Part shown: in pieces, positions 27,615 through 42,715 of the stretch
How positions within the stretch are numbered: position 1 is the stretch's first letter
Layout of the letters: each line of letters opens with the position of its first letter
NCBI GenBank assembly: GCA_009914755.4
Contig: CP068257.2
Coordinates: 25,664,001 to 25,728,000, forward strand
Direction: 5' to 3'
From: the human T2T-CHM13v2.0 reference genome, Homo sapiens
DNA: 64,000 nucleotides
Notes under the pieces: generated by a model
Database searches by the model: none
Told to the model about the DNA's origin: nothing
Seen by the model: the letters and a program-made list of their open reading frames with translations, nothing else
Translations under genes and position numbers: made by a program

Positions 27615-29146
27615 GGGGTGGGGAATTAGTAACATTTTCTTATCTAGCCCATTCCTCTCTTTGACAGGTATTTTAAAAAGCAAACAACCACAACCAAACA
27701 AAACTTGATTGGCCAAGTCTCCTAAGTTGTAGTTGTTAGTGTCATTGGTTTCTCAAGTGCTTTTAGAAGTTTAGAAGGCTGGTGTGTGTGTATGTGTTTT
27801 CTACAACTTACTATTCATTATTTTTTAAGAATGCGTAAATAATCACTTGATGTTATTATGCCTAATAGATGATGTTTAACACACTGACAAAAAGAAAATA
27901 TGTACTCATACAGAAATACTGTGATTTAGGTCACTTACATACTTGGGAGGAGCAAATCCTGCTGATTTTGAGTGTGTTGAAATGCTGAAGCTATTTTTCA
28001 CATGTTTTGGGTCTGTTTCTTTTTTAAGTTTTTTTTTTTTCTCATTATTTGAAAACCCAATGGAACTGTAATAAAACTGGGAAAATGTGATCCATATGTT
28101 TTGGAATCTTTTACAATTAAATCATCAAATTACCATTCAAAATATTTTGAACATTGAATATAAATGGCCTAAATGCTCCACTTAAAAGACACAGAGTGGC
28201 AGAATGGATTAAAATCCACCAACCAATTACCTGCTGTCTTGAAGAGACTCACCTAACACATAAGGACTCACATAAACTTAAGGTAAAGGGGTTAAAAAAA
28301 GATATTCCATGCAAACGGAAACTAAAAGCAGGAACAGTTATTCTTATATCCATCAAAACATACTTAAAAAAACTATAGTTAAAAAAGACAAAAAGGGACA
28401 TTATATAATGATAAAAGGATTAGCCCAACAGGAAAATATCACAATCTTAAATATGTATGCACCGAACACTGCAGCTCCCAAATTTATAAAACAATTACTA
28501 CTAGAACTAAGAAATAAGATAAATGGCAACCCAATAATAGTGGGGGATGTCAATACTCCACTGATATCACTAGACAGGTCATCAAGACAGAAAGCCAACA
28601 AAGATACAATGAACTAAAACTAAACCTTAGAAAATGGACTTAACAGATACTTACAGAACATTCTACCCAACAAATGCAGAATATACATTCTCTTCATCAG
28701 CACATGGAACATTCTCCAAGATATACCATATGATAGGCCACAAAACAAGTCTCAATAAATTTAAGAAAATCAAAATTATATTAAGTACTCTGTCACTCCA
28801 CAGTGGAATAAAACTAGAAATTAACTCCAAAAAGAATCCTCAAAACTATACAAATATATGGAAATTAAATAATCTGCTCCTGAATAATCACTGGGTCAAC
28901 AATGAAATCCAGATGGAAATTTAAAAATTTTTTTAATTAAATGGTAATAGCAACACAACCTATCAAAATCTCTGTGATATTGCAAAAGTGGTGCCAAGAG
29001 GAAACTTCATAGCATTAAATACCTATGTCAAAAAGTCTGAAAGAGCATTAATAAACAATCTAAGCTCATACCTCAAGGAACTAGAGAAATAAGAACAAAC
29101 CAACCAAAACCCTACAGAAAAAAAAAAAAAGAAATAATGAAGATTA

Positions 29147-29517
29147 GAGCACTCAGTTCCACATGGCTGGGGAGGCCTCACAATCATGGTGGAAAGTGAA
29201 GGAGGAGCAAAGGCACATCTTACATGGTGGCAGGCAAGAGAGCATGTGCAGGGGAATTGCCCTTTACAAAACCATCAGCTCTCGTGAGAGTTATTCACTA
29301 TCATGAGAACAGCAAGGGAGGAACCTACCCACATGATTCAATTACCTCCAACAGGGTCCCTCACATGACATATGGGGATTTGGGGAGCCATTAGGTTGGT
29401 GCAAAAGTTATTGCTCTTTTTGCTATTACTTTTAATGGCAAAAACCGTGATTAATTTTGCACCAAACTAATACAATTTAAGATGATATTTGGGTGAGGTC
29501 ACAGCCAAACTATATCA
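29147..29517 (-). mobile_element. THE1-type MaLR LTR fragment nested in L1 ORF2, itself split by a MADE1
   Basis: Reverse-complement THE1: cactcagttccacatggctggggaggcctcacaatcatggtggaaagtgaaggaggagcaaaggcacatcttacatggtggcaggcaagagagcatgtgcaggggaattgccctttacaaaaccatcagctctcgtgagagttattcactatcatgagaacagcaagggagg...catgattcaattacctccaacagggtccc, then [MADE1], then acaatttaagatgatatttgggtgaggtcacagccaaactatatcaac. Confidence 0.8.
29386..29469. mobile_element. MADE1 (Hsmar1 mariner-derived ~80-bp MITE)
   Basis: ttaggttggtgcaaaagttattgctctttttgctattacttttaatggcaaaaaccgtgattaattttgcaccaaactaa. Terminal inverted repeats TTAGGTTGGTGCAAAAG...CTTTTGCACCAA(A)CTAA are diagnostic. Confidence 0.8.
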
Positions 29518-30484
29518 ACATTAGTGAGATTAACCAAGAAACAAAGAGAGAATATCCAAATAAGTTCAATTAGAAACAAAATGGGAAATAGTACAGAAGA
29601 TGCCACAGACATACAAAATATCATTCAAGGCTACTATGAACACCTTTATGTGCATAAACTAGAAAACCTGGAGGAGCTGAATAAATCCCTGGAAATATAC
29701 AGCCCTCCTAGATTAAACTAAGAAGAAATGGAAACTCTGAACAGAACAAAAACAAGCAGCAAGATTGGAATTGTGATTTAAAAATTACCAACAAAAAAAA
29801 AATGCCCCCAAGACCGGATGGATTCACAATTGAATTACAGCAGGCATTCAAAGGAGGATTGGTACCAATCCTATTGACACTATTCCAAAAGATAGAGAAA
29901 GAGGGAATCCTCCCTAAATCGTTCTATGAAGCCAGTATCACCCTAATACAAAAACCAAGGAAGGGCACAACAAAAAAAGAAAACTACAGACAGATATCCC
30001 TGATGAACGTAGATGAAAAAATCCTCAACAAAAAACTAGCTAACTGAATTCAACAGTGTATCAGAAAGGTAATCCACCATGATCAAGTCAGTTTCCTACT
30101 AGGGATGCAGGGATGGTTTAACATCCACAAGTCAATAAATGTGACACACCAAGTAAACAGAATTAAAAACAAAAATCATGTGATCCTCTCAATGGATGCA
30201 GAAAAAGCATTTGGCAAAATCCAGCATCTTTTTATAATTAAAACCTTCAGCAAAATTGGGTTAGAAGGGACATATCTTAACGTAATAAAAGCCATCTATG
30301 ACAAACCCACAGCCAACATTATACCAAATGGGGAAAAGTTAAAATCACTCCCCAAGAACTGGAGGAAGACAAGGATGCCCACTTTCACCAACTTCTACTC
30401 AACATAGTACTGAAAGTCTTAGCCAGAGCAATCAGACAAGAGAAAGAAATAAAGGGCATCCAAATAGGTAAAGAAGTCAAACTG

Positions 30485-30575
30485 GGAGGCAGAGCTTGCA
30501 GTGAGCTGAGATCGAGCCACTGGACTCCAGCCTGGGAGACAGAGCCAGACTCCATCTCAAAAAAAAAAAAAAAAA
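30485..30575 (+). mobile_element. 5'-truncated Alu stub (last ~75 nt plus poly-A) with a perfect 12-bp TSD, inserted in L1
   Basis: ggaggcagagcttgcagtgagctgagatcgagccactggactccagcctgggagacagagccagactccatctcaaaaaaaaaaaaaaaaa, flanked by gaagtcaaactg on both sides (30473-30484 and 30576-30587). The L1 consensus has this 12-mer only once at this position. Confidence 0.8.
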
Positions 30576-32735
30576 GAAGTCAAACTGTTGCTGTTAGCTG
30601 ATGATGTGATTGTATACCTAGAAAACCCTAAACACTCATTGAAAAAGCTCCTAGATCTGATCAATGAATTCAGTAAAGTTTCTGAGTACAAAATAAATGT
30701 ACACATGTCAGTAGCGCTGCTATACACTTAACGGCGACCAAGCTGAGAATCAAATGAAAAACTCAACCCCTTTTACAACAGCTGCAAAAAATAAAATAAA
30801 ATGCTTAAGAATATACCTAACCAAGGAGGCAAAATATCTCTACAAGAAAAAACACAAAACACTGCTGAAAGAAATAATAGATGACACAAACAAATGGAAA
30901 TAGATTCCATGCTTATGGATGGGTAGAATCAATATTGTGAAAATGACCATACTTCCAAAAGTAATTTACAAGTTCAATGCAATTCACATGAAAACACCAT
31001 CATCATTCTTCACAGAACAAGAAAACAAAATTCTAAAATTTATGAGACAAAAAAGAGCCCATATAGCCAAAACAAAAATGAACCAAAAGAACAAGTCTGG
31101 AGGCATCACATTACCGAAATTCAAACTATACTCTAAGGCCATAATCACCCAAATAGCATGCTACTGGTATAAAAACAGACACGTAGACTAATGGAACAGA
31201 ATAGAGAGCCCAGAAATAAAGCCAAATACTTACAGCCAACCGAACTTCAACAAAGCAAGCAAAAGCATAAAGTGGGGAAAGGACACCGTATTCAACACAT
31301 GGTGCTGGGATAATTGACAAGCCACATGTAGAAGAATGAAACTGGATTCTCGTTTCTCACTTTATATAAAAATCAACCCAGGATGGATTAAAGACTTTAA
31401 TCTACAATGTGAAACCATAAGAATTCTAGAAGATAACATTGAAAAATTCTTCTAGGCATTGGCTTAGGTGAAGAGTTCATGACCAAGAACCCAAAAGCAA
31501 AAGCAACAAAAACAAAAATAAATAGATGGGACTTAATTAAACTAAAAAGCTTCTGCACAGCAAAAGAAATAATCAGCGGAGTAAACAGACAAACCATAGA
31601 GTGGGAGAAAACTTTTGCAAGCTATGCATCCAAGAAAGGACTAAAATCCAGGATCTTATAGGAACTAAAACAAGTCAGTGATAAATAATAATAATAATCA
31701 TTATCATCATACTCCTCATCAAAAAGTAGTCTAAGGACATAAATAGAAAATTCTCAAAAGAAGATATACAAATGGCCAACAAACATATGAAAAAATGCTC
31801 AACATCACAAAATGCAAATCAAAACCACAATATGATACCAACTTACTCCTGCAAGAATGGCCATAATTAAAGAATCAAAACATAGTATATGTTGCCGTGA
31901 ATGTGCTGAAAAGGGAACACTTTTACACTGCTCTTGGGAATGTAAATTAGCACCATCACTATAGGTAACAGTATGGAGAATCCTTAAAGAAGTAAAAATA
32001 GGAGTACCGTTTCACCTAGCAATTCCACTTCTGAGTATCCACCCAGAGGAAAAGAAGTCATTATATAAAAAAGACACTTGCACATGCATGTTTATAGCAG
32101 TATAATTCACAATGGCAAAAATTAGGACCTGCATAAATGCCCATCAGCCAATGAGTGGATAAGAAAATATGGTATGTATATATATATATATATATACACC
32201 TTGAATACTACTCAGCCATAAAAAGAAACAAAATAATGGCATTCACAGAAACCTGGATGAAGTTGGAGACCATTATTCTAAGTAAAATAACTCAGGAATG
32301 GAAAACTAAACATCATATGTTCTCACTAATAAGTGGAAGCTTAGCTATGAGGACGCAAAGGTATAAGAATAATATAATGGACTCTGGGGACTTTGGGGGA
32401 AGGGTGGGAGTGGGATGAAGGATAAAACACTACACACTGGGTTCAATGTAAACTGCTTGGGTGATGGGTGCATCAAAATCTCAGAAATCACCACTAAAAA
32501 ACTGATCAGTTTAACCAAACACCACCTGTTCCCCCAAAAACTGAAACAGTAATAATAATGATAAATAAAAATTTAAAAAAACAAAAATTAAAATAAGAGC
32601 TCTTTTTCAAACATATACACCTACACAAGAAAATAATGTACAATTCATAGGATTGTGTTGCTTAAATATTTTATCAAATATTTATTTTATTTTTAGTGTT
32701 GAATGGCATATCAAATAAATCATTCCATGATATTA

Positions 32736-33071
<336 letters not shown>

Positions 33072-33416
33072 GAGATCAAGCATCATTTACTACTAAATAG
33101 GCAAAAACTTTTTCTCAGTGCTCACTTATCTATCACCAATTCGTTATCCAAACATGTCAGCATTTGCTGTAAACAAATCCAAACATGGACAAAGGACTCT
33201 CAAATGCATTCAAATCTATTACCCTTTACTGATGTCCTTCAGAAAAAAAGGCAACCTTTTTAGGTAAACAATATGAGAATTTGATGTTTGGTGTCTTTAT
33301 TAACATATCTACTGGATAAATTATTCATTTTGTCACATTTAACTTTAAAATACAGTATTTTTATAATCTCACAAAACTATTTTAGTAAAAAATTGTTTTT
33401 CTATTTTTTAATTTAA

Positions 33417-33639
<223 letters not shown>

Positions 33640-33672
33640 AAAATTTTTTAATTTATTTACTGAGTAAGATTA

Positions 33673-33966
<294 letters not shown>

Positions 33967-35404
33967 TTATCTATTTCCATATCTAATATCTACCACTTGT
34001 CTCTGGCATTGAACAGGGTATTTAGATAAACAAAATCTCATGTTGTTGGAAGAATTTCCTACTTTGCAATTTGCAGTAATCACGGCCACTGCTGGATCTG
34101 ATATATCGTTTCACTTTCACAGGTGAGGTCAGTTAAGTTCCATTCACTGAGAATAATTCAAGGGTGAGGCTTTTCCAAGACATCTCTTCCTCACCTACCT
34201 ACCTATCGGTATTGGAACTGTCCTTTATCTTAGGAGAGCTTTTCCTTTTCTTAGCTAAAATTGAAGGAATTTTAACAAATATTTCTGACATTAGCGATTA
34301 TTTATTCAAGCAACTCTAAATTTGAATGCTGCAGGAAATTATAAACAGTGAAAGAGTAGCAGCATTTGTTATTCCTAACAAAGCATGTTTACTGCAGTAG
34401 CAGACAAACTTTGGATAAACACTTGAGAAAATATAAATTATAGGGCATAGCTAAGAAAACATTCTTAAACATAGTACGTTTCATTTATAGAAAACATTGG
34501 TGTAGTCTTTCTTATTATAAATATGCTTTGCATTTGAAACACAGTTTTTAATTTCCAAAAATCCTGTATTTTTACGATTCTATTTCTACTATAAGCAAAA
34601 ATGTAAAAGAATGTCACATATTACTTCTGAGTAGCTGCACTGTTACGATTTTCTGTGTTTTAGGCCAAAGACTATTACCGTAATGACTACTGTGTGAATA
34701 TGTAATTACACACGTACTGCTACTGTTGTGTAGAGATAACATGATCTATTTATGCAAGCATAAAATATGGCCATATGGTTTATATTCCGGACTTGCATAT
34801 TATGAAATCATTTGTAGCCCTACCCTGAACTTCCACAGAGAAAAATCACACACATGAGATACACACATGGGCATTGTGGTTTCAAAACTCTTTGTGGAAA
34901 AAAGCTGACATAAACAAACGAAGCAGAAATCTCCTCCCTTCAAAGTGGTGAATATTATGTCTTGGAAAGAAAATGAACCTGGGATTAGACAGATGGAACT
35001 GTAGCATTACCTATGACAAATTATTCCGCCTCCCTGACCCTAAGCTGCTTCATTCTAAAAGAGAAATCAGATTATTCAACTTTTCTATACATCTGTTTGA
35101 AAATGCTAGGAAAATAGTAGACATGCAATAACTGGTTGTGAATGTTTTTCTTTTTCTTCCAATCATGCCACCATATCTAAAATGTCACTTTATGCCACTA
35201 TGCTTTTTCACAAAAGGTTAATTAAAATCAAAGTAAAGGTTATAGGCAATATCATGAAACATGTTACATTCCTTATTTAAAAACTTGATAAGAAACTACT
35301 ATTTACTAGCAGATTCAAATATTTACCAATGAGTATTTTAGCTAAACTTAAATTCTGTATGTAAGAAAATTAAGATTATTATCCTTTAGTGAACTGATAA
35401 TAAA

Positions 35405-36132
35405 ATGTAGATGATGACCCAGTACATTCTGTGACATTTATCCAAATGAGTTGAAAACTTATGTCAACACAAAAACCTGCACATGGAGGTTTACTGTAGC
35501 TTTATTGATAATTCCCCAAACTTGGAAGCAACCAAGATGTCCTTCAGTAGAAGAATGGATAAATAAACTGAAGTACATTCAGATGATTAAATATTACTCA
35601 GCGATAAAGGCACTATCAAGCCACAAAAATACATGGAGGAAGACAACTTAAATGCACATTGCTAAATCTGAAAAGGCTACATAAAAGCCAATCTGAAAAG
35701 GCTACCTACTGTATAATTCCAACTCTATGATATTCCGGCAAAGAAGACACCACTATGAAGACCTTAAAAGGAAAAGTGGTTGCCAGGGATTTAAGGGGAG
35801 GAAGGGAGGAATAGGTGGAATACAGAGGATTTTTAAAGCAGTGAAACTATTCTGCATGATACTGTAACGGTGGGTACATGCCACTATACATTTGTCCAAG
35901 CCCATAAAACACACAGCTCTAAGAGTGAGAGTTAATGTAAGCTGTAGACTTTGAGTGATGATGTGTCTGTGTAGGTTCATCAGCTGTGACAAGTGTACCA
36001 CTCTGGTCAGGATGTTGATAATGAGGCAGGCTGTGCCTGCATGGTGGCAGGGTTATGTGGGGAGTCTCTGTACCTTCCTCTCAACTTGCCAGTGAAACAA
36101 AAACTACCCTAAAAATAATGTCTATTAAAAGT
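35405..36132 (+). mobile_element. Old L1M-type LINE 3'-end fragment
   Basis: ccaaacttggaagcaaccaagatgtccttcagtagaagaatggataaataaactgaagtacattcagatgattaaatattactcagcgataaag...gtggttgccagggatttaaggggaggaagggag...ccactatacatttgtccaag resembles the L1MB/L1MC 3' end (ccaaaaagtggaaacaacccaaatgtccatcaactgatgaatggataaa...gtggttgccaggggctgggg). The track ORF at 35451-35651 is the usual L1M 3'-end ORF. Confidence 0.7.
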
Positions 36133-37280
36133 GCAGGTGATGAACATTAATTTAAAAATTTAGTATTTTTACAGGGACAATATATTCAGTTATTTGTTGT
36201 GTACATAAAATTAACATAATTTTTTTAAAAAAATGATGAAGACCTATATTTTAGCTGAAAATACATAGAAACAATAGTCATTACATTAAATATCTAAGAG
36301 AAAATATGTATTATGTCATGCAAAGAGTCAAGAAGATATACATGCATTCATGCATATACATTTTATAGCCATATGGTTCAATATCAAATTGAGCTTACGG
36401 AGTAAAAATGGATGAACAGAGATGTTGCAACAAGCACATAAATCTCACAATGTCCCACGTGTAACAGAAGTGTAAGCCAGCACTCCAGATAAGCATGTAA
36501 CATTGCAGGTAATAAGAAAAAAATAATAGACTGAAGGAGCATACCATTGACTTATTAAGCGACAACTATTGATACGCGCTAGCTGGTTGATACATGTAAC
36601 TTCATCTTCATAGTAATATTAATTTTAAGTAAATATTCTTGTCATTTTATTGGTAACAGAATGGAGGCTCCAAGAAATTAAATAATCTTCTTGAGATCAC
36701 ATCATCAACATTACACATGTGAGTATGTTTTAGGAATTGGATTATAAAAACGGAGTAAATCTACCTCAGTGTCAATATGTTTTTCATTTTTTGTCATATG
36801 CCCTTCAACAGTTATGCTGCAGCAAGGAACAATACACATTTATCTCCTAAATAAATAGCCTATACGATATTTTTGCATCCCGATCTTTTAAACTGTTCAA
36901 ATATTTGAAATTGACCATTATATAAACCAGCTCTTCCCCATTGCTTTTAAGATGAAAGTTACTTTCCTTCTCTGAGACTTGGTTTTTTCCTTTGTGAGGA
37001 GAATACTACTAATTACTTTGTAGGGTTGTTGTCAGAATGGGGCAGCTGATATTTAATGCCCCCTCCAAACACACAACCAAACCTGAATATGAAACATAAA
37101 AAAAAATACACTGAAGAATCAACTTATTTGTAATTTCATTAATTTCTTAAGAAAAAAAGAATAATGCCAGTTTGCAAGTCAGATTATGCTGGTATAATTA
37201 GGATACTTATGCTCCTGCCTTTCACTGGAGCATGTTTCCTATCTTCTATACTCATCAAATCTGAGGGAACTCCAACTTAA

Positions 37281-37772
<492 letters not shown>

Positions 37773-38947
37773 AGCTGCTTTTTATTATTTTTAAAATTAT
37801 TCTCCTTATTTATTCCTCTCTTCCACATTAAGCAACTTTCCCCAGCCAGTGAGATTTGGAAAACACTGCTATTTTTTTTGGTGAGGTATGACTATGGCTG
37901 CCTCATGTATGGCAGCTACATTAACTACTGCAATCTTCATAATGGCTCTGAGGTGGGTACTGTTATTACTCACCCCTGCACAGATGAGGAACCTGAGGCC
38001 AGGTTGGGGAAGGCCTAATCCAAAATCACAGAGCTAGCAAAATCTGGGCGTGACTGAAATCTTGGAGGGCTAGCTTCAAATACTGTGTGTTTAGCTGTTA
38101 TACTAAACTGTTACTTATCTATACTCTTTTATGGACAATTTTATAAAGGAAGCTGAGGATATATTTTTAATAATACATAATGAGAAAGTTTATAGAAATG
38201 CATCAAATGCATTACGCATGAAGGTTAAATTACTAAAATAAAATTAAAAGCTGGATTTCCTTAATTATACATACATGTAGCCCAACTGAAATACTACTGT
38301 AATTTCTCTAACACATTTTTAAAAACTTTTCACACAGTATATTATTAGAAAGATATGAAGGATTTACAGGGAAAAACAGCCCCATTATTGTCTGGCTAAC
38401 AGTTTTATTTATTTAGCCATGTGTAGAATTAAATTTCAGTCATTAATTTAGCCTTATAATCAAAACTTTTGAAAGACTTAGTAGATTCTTTCTTAAGAGA
38501 TTACTAGGCTTGTTGTGAACCCATACAAGTTCGTGCACTGAAAATCTTCACTTAAGTCTCTTTCTAATGCATTTCTTTACACACAAAGGCTTATATCAAC
38601 TCCTGTGTACACGCTAAACAAATATCCATGTAGAAGAAATTACTTAAACAGCATGAATTCTATGTGGGTAAAGAGTTCATAATTTGTCAATCTCTTAGAA
38701 AATCTAGGAAATATATATTCATAAAATCAAGAGAATACATTTATAAAATCAAGAGAACAGTGAGAAAAACAGGCAATCTGTAGCTTAATACAAAAATACT
38801 TTTAACAAAATAAATTAGCTAAAAGACAAAATTTAGAATGAATAATTTATTAATTGATTTTCATTGAAGAACTATGTCACCATCAGGGCAGATAATTGAT
38901 TTTAAACTATACTAAATTATATTTTAGTTTTTATTTTTTTAGAAGTC

Positions 38948-39241
38948 AAGCCAGGTGTGGTGGCTCACACCTGTAATCCCAGCACTTTGGGAGGCTGAGG
39001 TGGGCGGATCACAAGGTCAGGAGTTCCAGACCAGCCTGGCCAATATGGTGAAACCCCGTCTCTACTTAAAAGACAAAAATTAGCCGGGCATGGTGGTTCA
39101 CACCTGCAGTCCCAGCTTCTCAGGAGGCCGAGGCGGGAGAAGTGCTTGAACCAGGGAGGCTGAAGTTGCAGTGAGCCAAGATCGCACCACTGCACTCCAC
39201 TCTGGGCGACAGAGTGAGACTCCGTCCCCCCACAAAAAAAA
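38948..39241 (+). mobile_element. Alu SINE (AluS-like), full-length
   Basis: agccaggtgtggtggctcacacctgtaatcccagcactttgggaggctgaggtgggcggatcacaaggtcaggagttccagaccagcctggccaatatggtgaaaccccgtctctacttaaaagacaaaaattagccgggcatggtgg...cactgcactccactctgggcgacagagtgagactccgtccccccacaaaaaaaa. TSD agaagtcaag / agaagttaaag. Confidence 0.9.
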
Positions 39242-41267
39242 GAAGTTAAAGTCAGAGATAGCAGGTCTAAATCTTGAATGTCAAATTTAGTTGTTGTTGT
39301 TGTTTAATTTACTTTGTTTTAAAGTTATTAAAAAATTATCTAACCAGCAGCAGCAGTACAGATTACACATAGCCCCAACTTACCTGGGTCTTTGCGCATT
39401 TCTTTCAATTACACAAGAGTATTTTAACCACATTATTGGTTACCAGAATTTTACTTGAAAAAATATGCAACTAGTTAGCATATAAAAGATCTGTTTTTAT
39501 GGCAGTTTATAACTATATCTACTCAAAACGAGTCATTCAGAGAAACAGTAATTCAAACTTACTCTAAAATGTTCACAAAGCATTTATTCCATTAAATATT
39601 TATAATATTTAATATATAATACAAACAGTCCCCAACTTATAATATTGGCTTAGAATTTTTCAACTTTATGATGGTGCAAAAGTGATAAGCATTCATTAGA
39701 TTCCATACAATCATTCTGTTTATCACTTTCAGTAAAGTATTCAATATGTTATATGAGCTATTGCACACTTAATTATAAAATAGGCTTACTGTTTGATGAT
39801 TTTGCCCAATCATAAGCTAATGTAGATGTTCTGGGTATGTTTAAGGTAGGCTAGTGTAGATAAGCTATGATATTTGGTAGGTTAGATGTATTAAATGCAT
39901 TTTGACTTACTACATTTTCAATTTAAGATGACTTTATTGGACAGAATCCTATTGTAAGTAAATAAGCATCTATATTACTTATAAATAATATATTTAATGT
40001 GTTAAAAATATATTCGGGTAGAATATTTTTAACATTAAATAATTCATTTTAGCCTAAATACATTTACAGCAAATGATCATTTATAGACAATAAACAACAG
40101 TGCTAGGTCAATGACATCAGAAGCATTTTGCGTGAAGGCTGGAATTATTTTGTTTTTCACATGATATCACAGGCTATAATGTCTTTAGCATAGTTGGTGC
40201 TAGCCATTTAGAATCATAATGATCTGTTCTAAAAGGCTGAAAATATTCTTTTCATTTCTGCAAATTTTAGAAATATATAATAATTGCACCTGGAACTAGA
40301 TTTTGGACATTACTCCATTCTGCTACTCTTTTTTACTAAGATGAAAGCTGAAATAGAATGAAAATTTTTACTTTTTTGATCTCATTTCAATGGTACAGGA
40401 GAATATGAGTATTGCCTGGACACATGTATGTTTGTAATGAAGCCTTAAATATAGGAATGCAACTTGAAACTGATGTGAAAGTAGTTAAACCTGTTGTGTT
40501 CCTGTACTAAAAAGTTATATCGTTTCTATTGGGAATTGACTTAGAATATAGATATCTATTTTCTTCATTACAGGTTTTTGGAAAAAATATGACAAATCCA
40601 AAAAATTTACAAAAGACAATTCAAAGTCATTAATAAAAATTTGGAAGGATATATTACTTTTTATGAAATAATTGCATATTGTCATTTACACAAATGTCTC
40701 TCTTTGAAAGACCAATGAGGAGTAACAGGGAATTAGAAATGGCAAACAAATCAACCCCATACAAAGAATGTGGCTGAATTTTCACCGAAGCAAATGAAAA
40801 CAGTTCTCTCATTCATTCCTTGATGTCTAGTCATTGGCCAAACAGCCTAATTCATAAATGGATCTCAGAGAAGGCAAATTCAAAGTGTCTAAAGGAAATT
40901 CATTTTAATAAACATAAAACCAAATGTGTATTAGACTGTTTAATGTAATAAAGTCCAGAATGTTATATTTGATCATCACGAAGCTTTAGTTCTTAAATTT
41001 TGCATAGAAAAAGCAAGCCAATGATTCAGCAATTTCATTTGTTTGACTCATTTTGAATTCCACAGGAAGCAACAAAAGCAAGTGACTACATAGTAGAAAT
41101 ATATTTTATTTCTACTAAGAGCTTGCCTCTCATTACTAGAGTATAATTGTTACAGATATATGTGTACACTTGTAATAGTAATTTTTTTATTTCCATTTTA
41201 ATCTGTTCTTTTTAAAATCAGTTCTTGACATAATTTTAAAAATTAGAGTTAGAAATTACAAACTTTC

Positions 41268-41428
41268 TCTTTTTACATTTTTTAGACAGTGTCTCACTCT
41301 GTTGCCTAGGCTGTAGAGATGGGGTTTCACCATGTTGCTCAGGCTGGTCTTGAACTCCCTGTGCTCAAGAGATCCATTCACATTAACCTCCCAAACTGCT
41401 GGGATTACAGATGCAAACGCCTGGTCTC
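41268..41428 (-). mobile_element. Alu-derived fragment with an internal deletion (old Alu or FLAM-like)
   Basis: tttttagacagtgtctcactctgttgcctaggctg, a gap relative to the Alu consensus, then tagagatggggtttcaccatgttgctcaggctggtcttgaactccctgtgctcaagagatccattcacattaacctcccaaactgctgggattacagatgcaaacgcctggtc. Confidence 0.6.
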
Positions 41429-41834
41429 CAAACTTTCTTTGCAACAAGAACATTTGGAGATTTAAAAAGTAAACTGAATCAATTTGCAGCTGGAACAGTG
41501 TTATTTAAACATCACTTGACCTACTAATGGAGCAGTCTAAATTAGATACTTCCAAGAGACAAGAGGAACTGTCAAAACTGGCATCTTTGGTGGAAACCCT
41601 ATGATTCGGGCTTTCATTCATTGGCTTTCTCATTCACTTTGGGAACGAGTTTAACAAAGAATAAGAATGAAACTGAATCATTTCTGGTACCAGTTTTCGC
41701 CTTTCCTTTAATAGTCTTGGGCTATTGATGGCTAAGATGAAGAGACTTATGGGGGAAACTCTCCCGTCTAACCGTTTGTTTATGTAAAAGGTCCTTTGCC
41801 AGCCCTTTCTGGGGAGGATCTACTTATATTATAT

Positions 41835-42185
41835 ATTAGTCCATTCTCAAACTGCTATAAAAAATACCTGAGACTGGGTAATTTATAAAGGAAAGAGGTT
41901 TAATTGACTCACAGTTCTGCATGGCTGGGGAGGCCTCAGGAAACTTACAATCATGGTGGCAGGTGAAGGGGAAGCAAGGCAGGTCTTACATGACAGCAGA
42001 AGAGAAGTGAGAGCACAGGAAAAACTGCCACTATTAAAACTATCAGATCTCATGAGAAGTCTCTCATTATCACAAGAACAGAATGGGGGAAACAGCCCCC
42101 ATGATCCATTCACCTCCCCGCAGGTCCCTCCCCTGACAATTTGAGATGTTATTTGGGTGGGGACATAGAGCCAAACCACATGACA
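41835..42185 (-). mobile_element. THE1/MST-type MaLR solo LTR
   Basis: tattagtccattctcaaactgctataaaaaatacctgagactgggtaatttataaaggaaagaggtttaattgactcacagttctgcatggctggggaggcctcaggaaacttacaatcatggtggcaggtgaagg...ccccatgatccattcacctccccgcaggtccctcccctgacaatttgagatgttatttgggtggggacatagagccaaacca is the reverse complement of the THE1 consensus over its full length. Track ORFs 41883-42212 lie within it. Confidence 0.8.
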
Positions 42186-42565
42186 TGGTATGATTACAAG
42201 AATGACAGGCACACTGATGGCCTTTTCCCAGTGAACTGCAATGTTACTGGAATTATTTGCTTTAGATATACCTAAAGGGCTGTCCTCAAGCTGGCTTAAA
42301 AATTGATATTTAGAAGCTAAATATTAAGGTTTACTCTATAGAGAAGTAAATATCTTACCATCTAGCTCAAAGCAAGAATTGACGGATCGATAAACAGAAT
42401 TACATAGAGTTTTGTAGAAAAGGGGTAAAGAAAATATAGTAAGGGACTATTCAACTATTACTTACCTTCATTGAAGAATATTGTTATTTTTATTTCATGT
42501 TTCATTGTATTCTAAAGATTATCTCTAAAAAGCTTACTAAAGTAACCAAAAAAATAGAAAAAATT

Positions 42566-42634
42566 TGAAAGAAAAAAGAAAGAAGAAGAAAAGAAAGAAA
42601 AAGGAGAGAGAGAAAGAAAGAAAGAGAAGAAGAA

Positions 42635-42715
<81 letters not shown>

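Larger units (their letters stand above)
28120..32605 (+). mobile_element. 5'-truncated L1 LINE (L1PA/L1PB-like) starting near the ORF2 start and running through the 3' UTR; degenerate; carries nested insertions
   Basis: Track ORFs translate to the L1 ORF2 endonuclease (MNINGLNAPLKRHRVAEWIKIHQPITCCLEETHL..., 28154-28617) and reverse transcriptase ([25 protein letters not shown]..., [40 protein letters not shown]..., 29802-30407). A 3' end with aaatgcaaatcaaaaccacaatgataccaacttactcctgcaagaatggccataattaaag and an A-rich terminus lies at ~32600. Interrupted by THE1+MADE1 (29147-29517) and an Alu stub (30485-30575). Confidence 0.85.
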
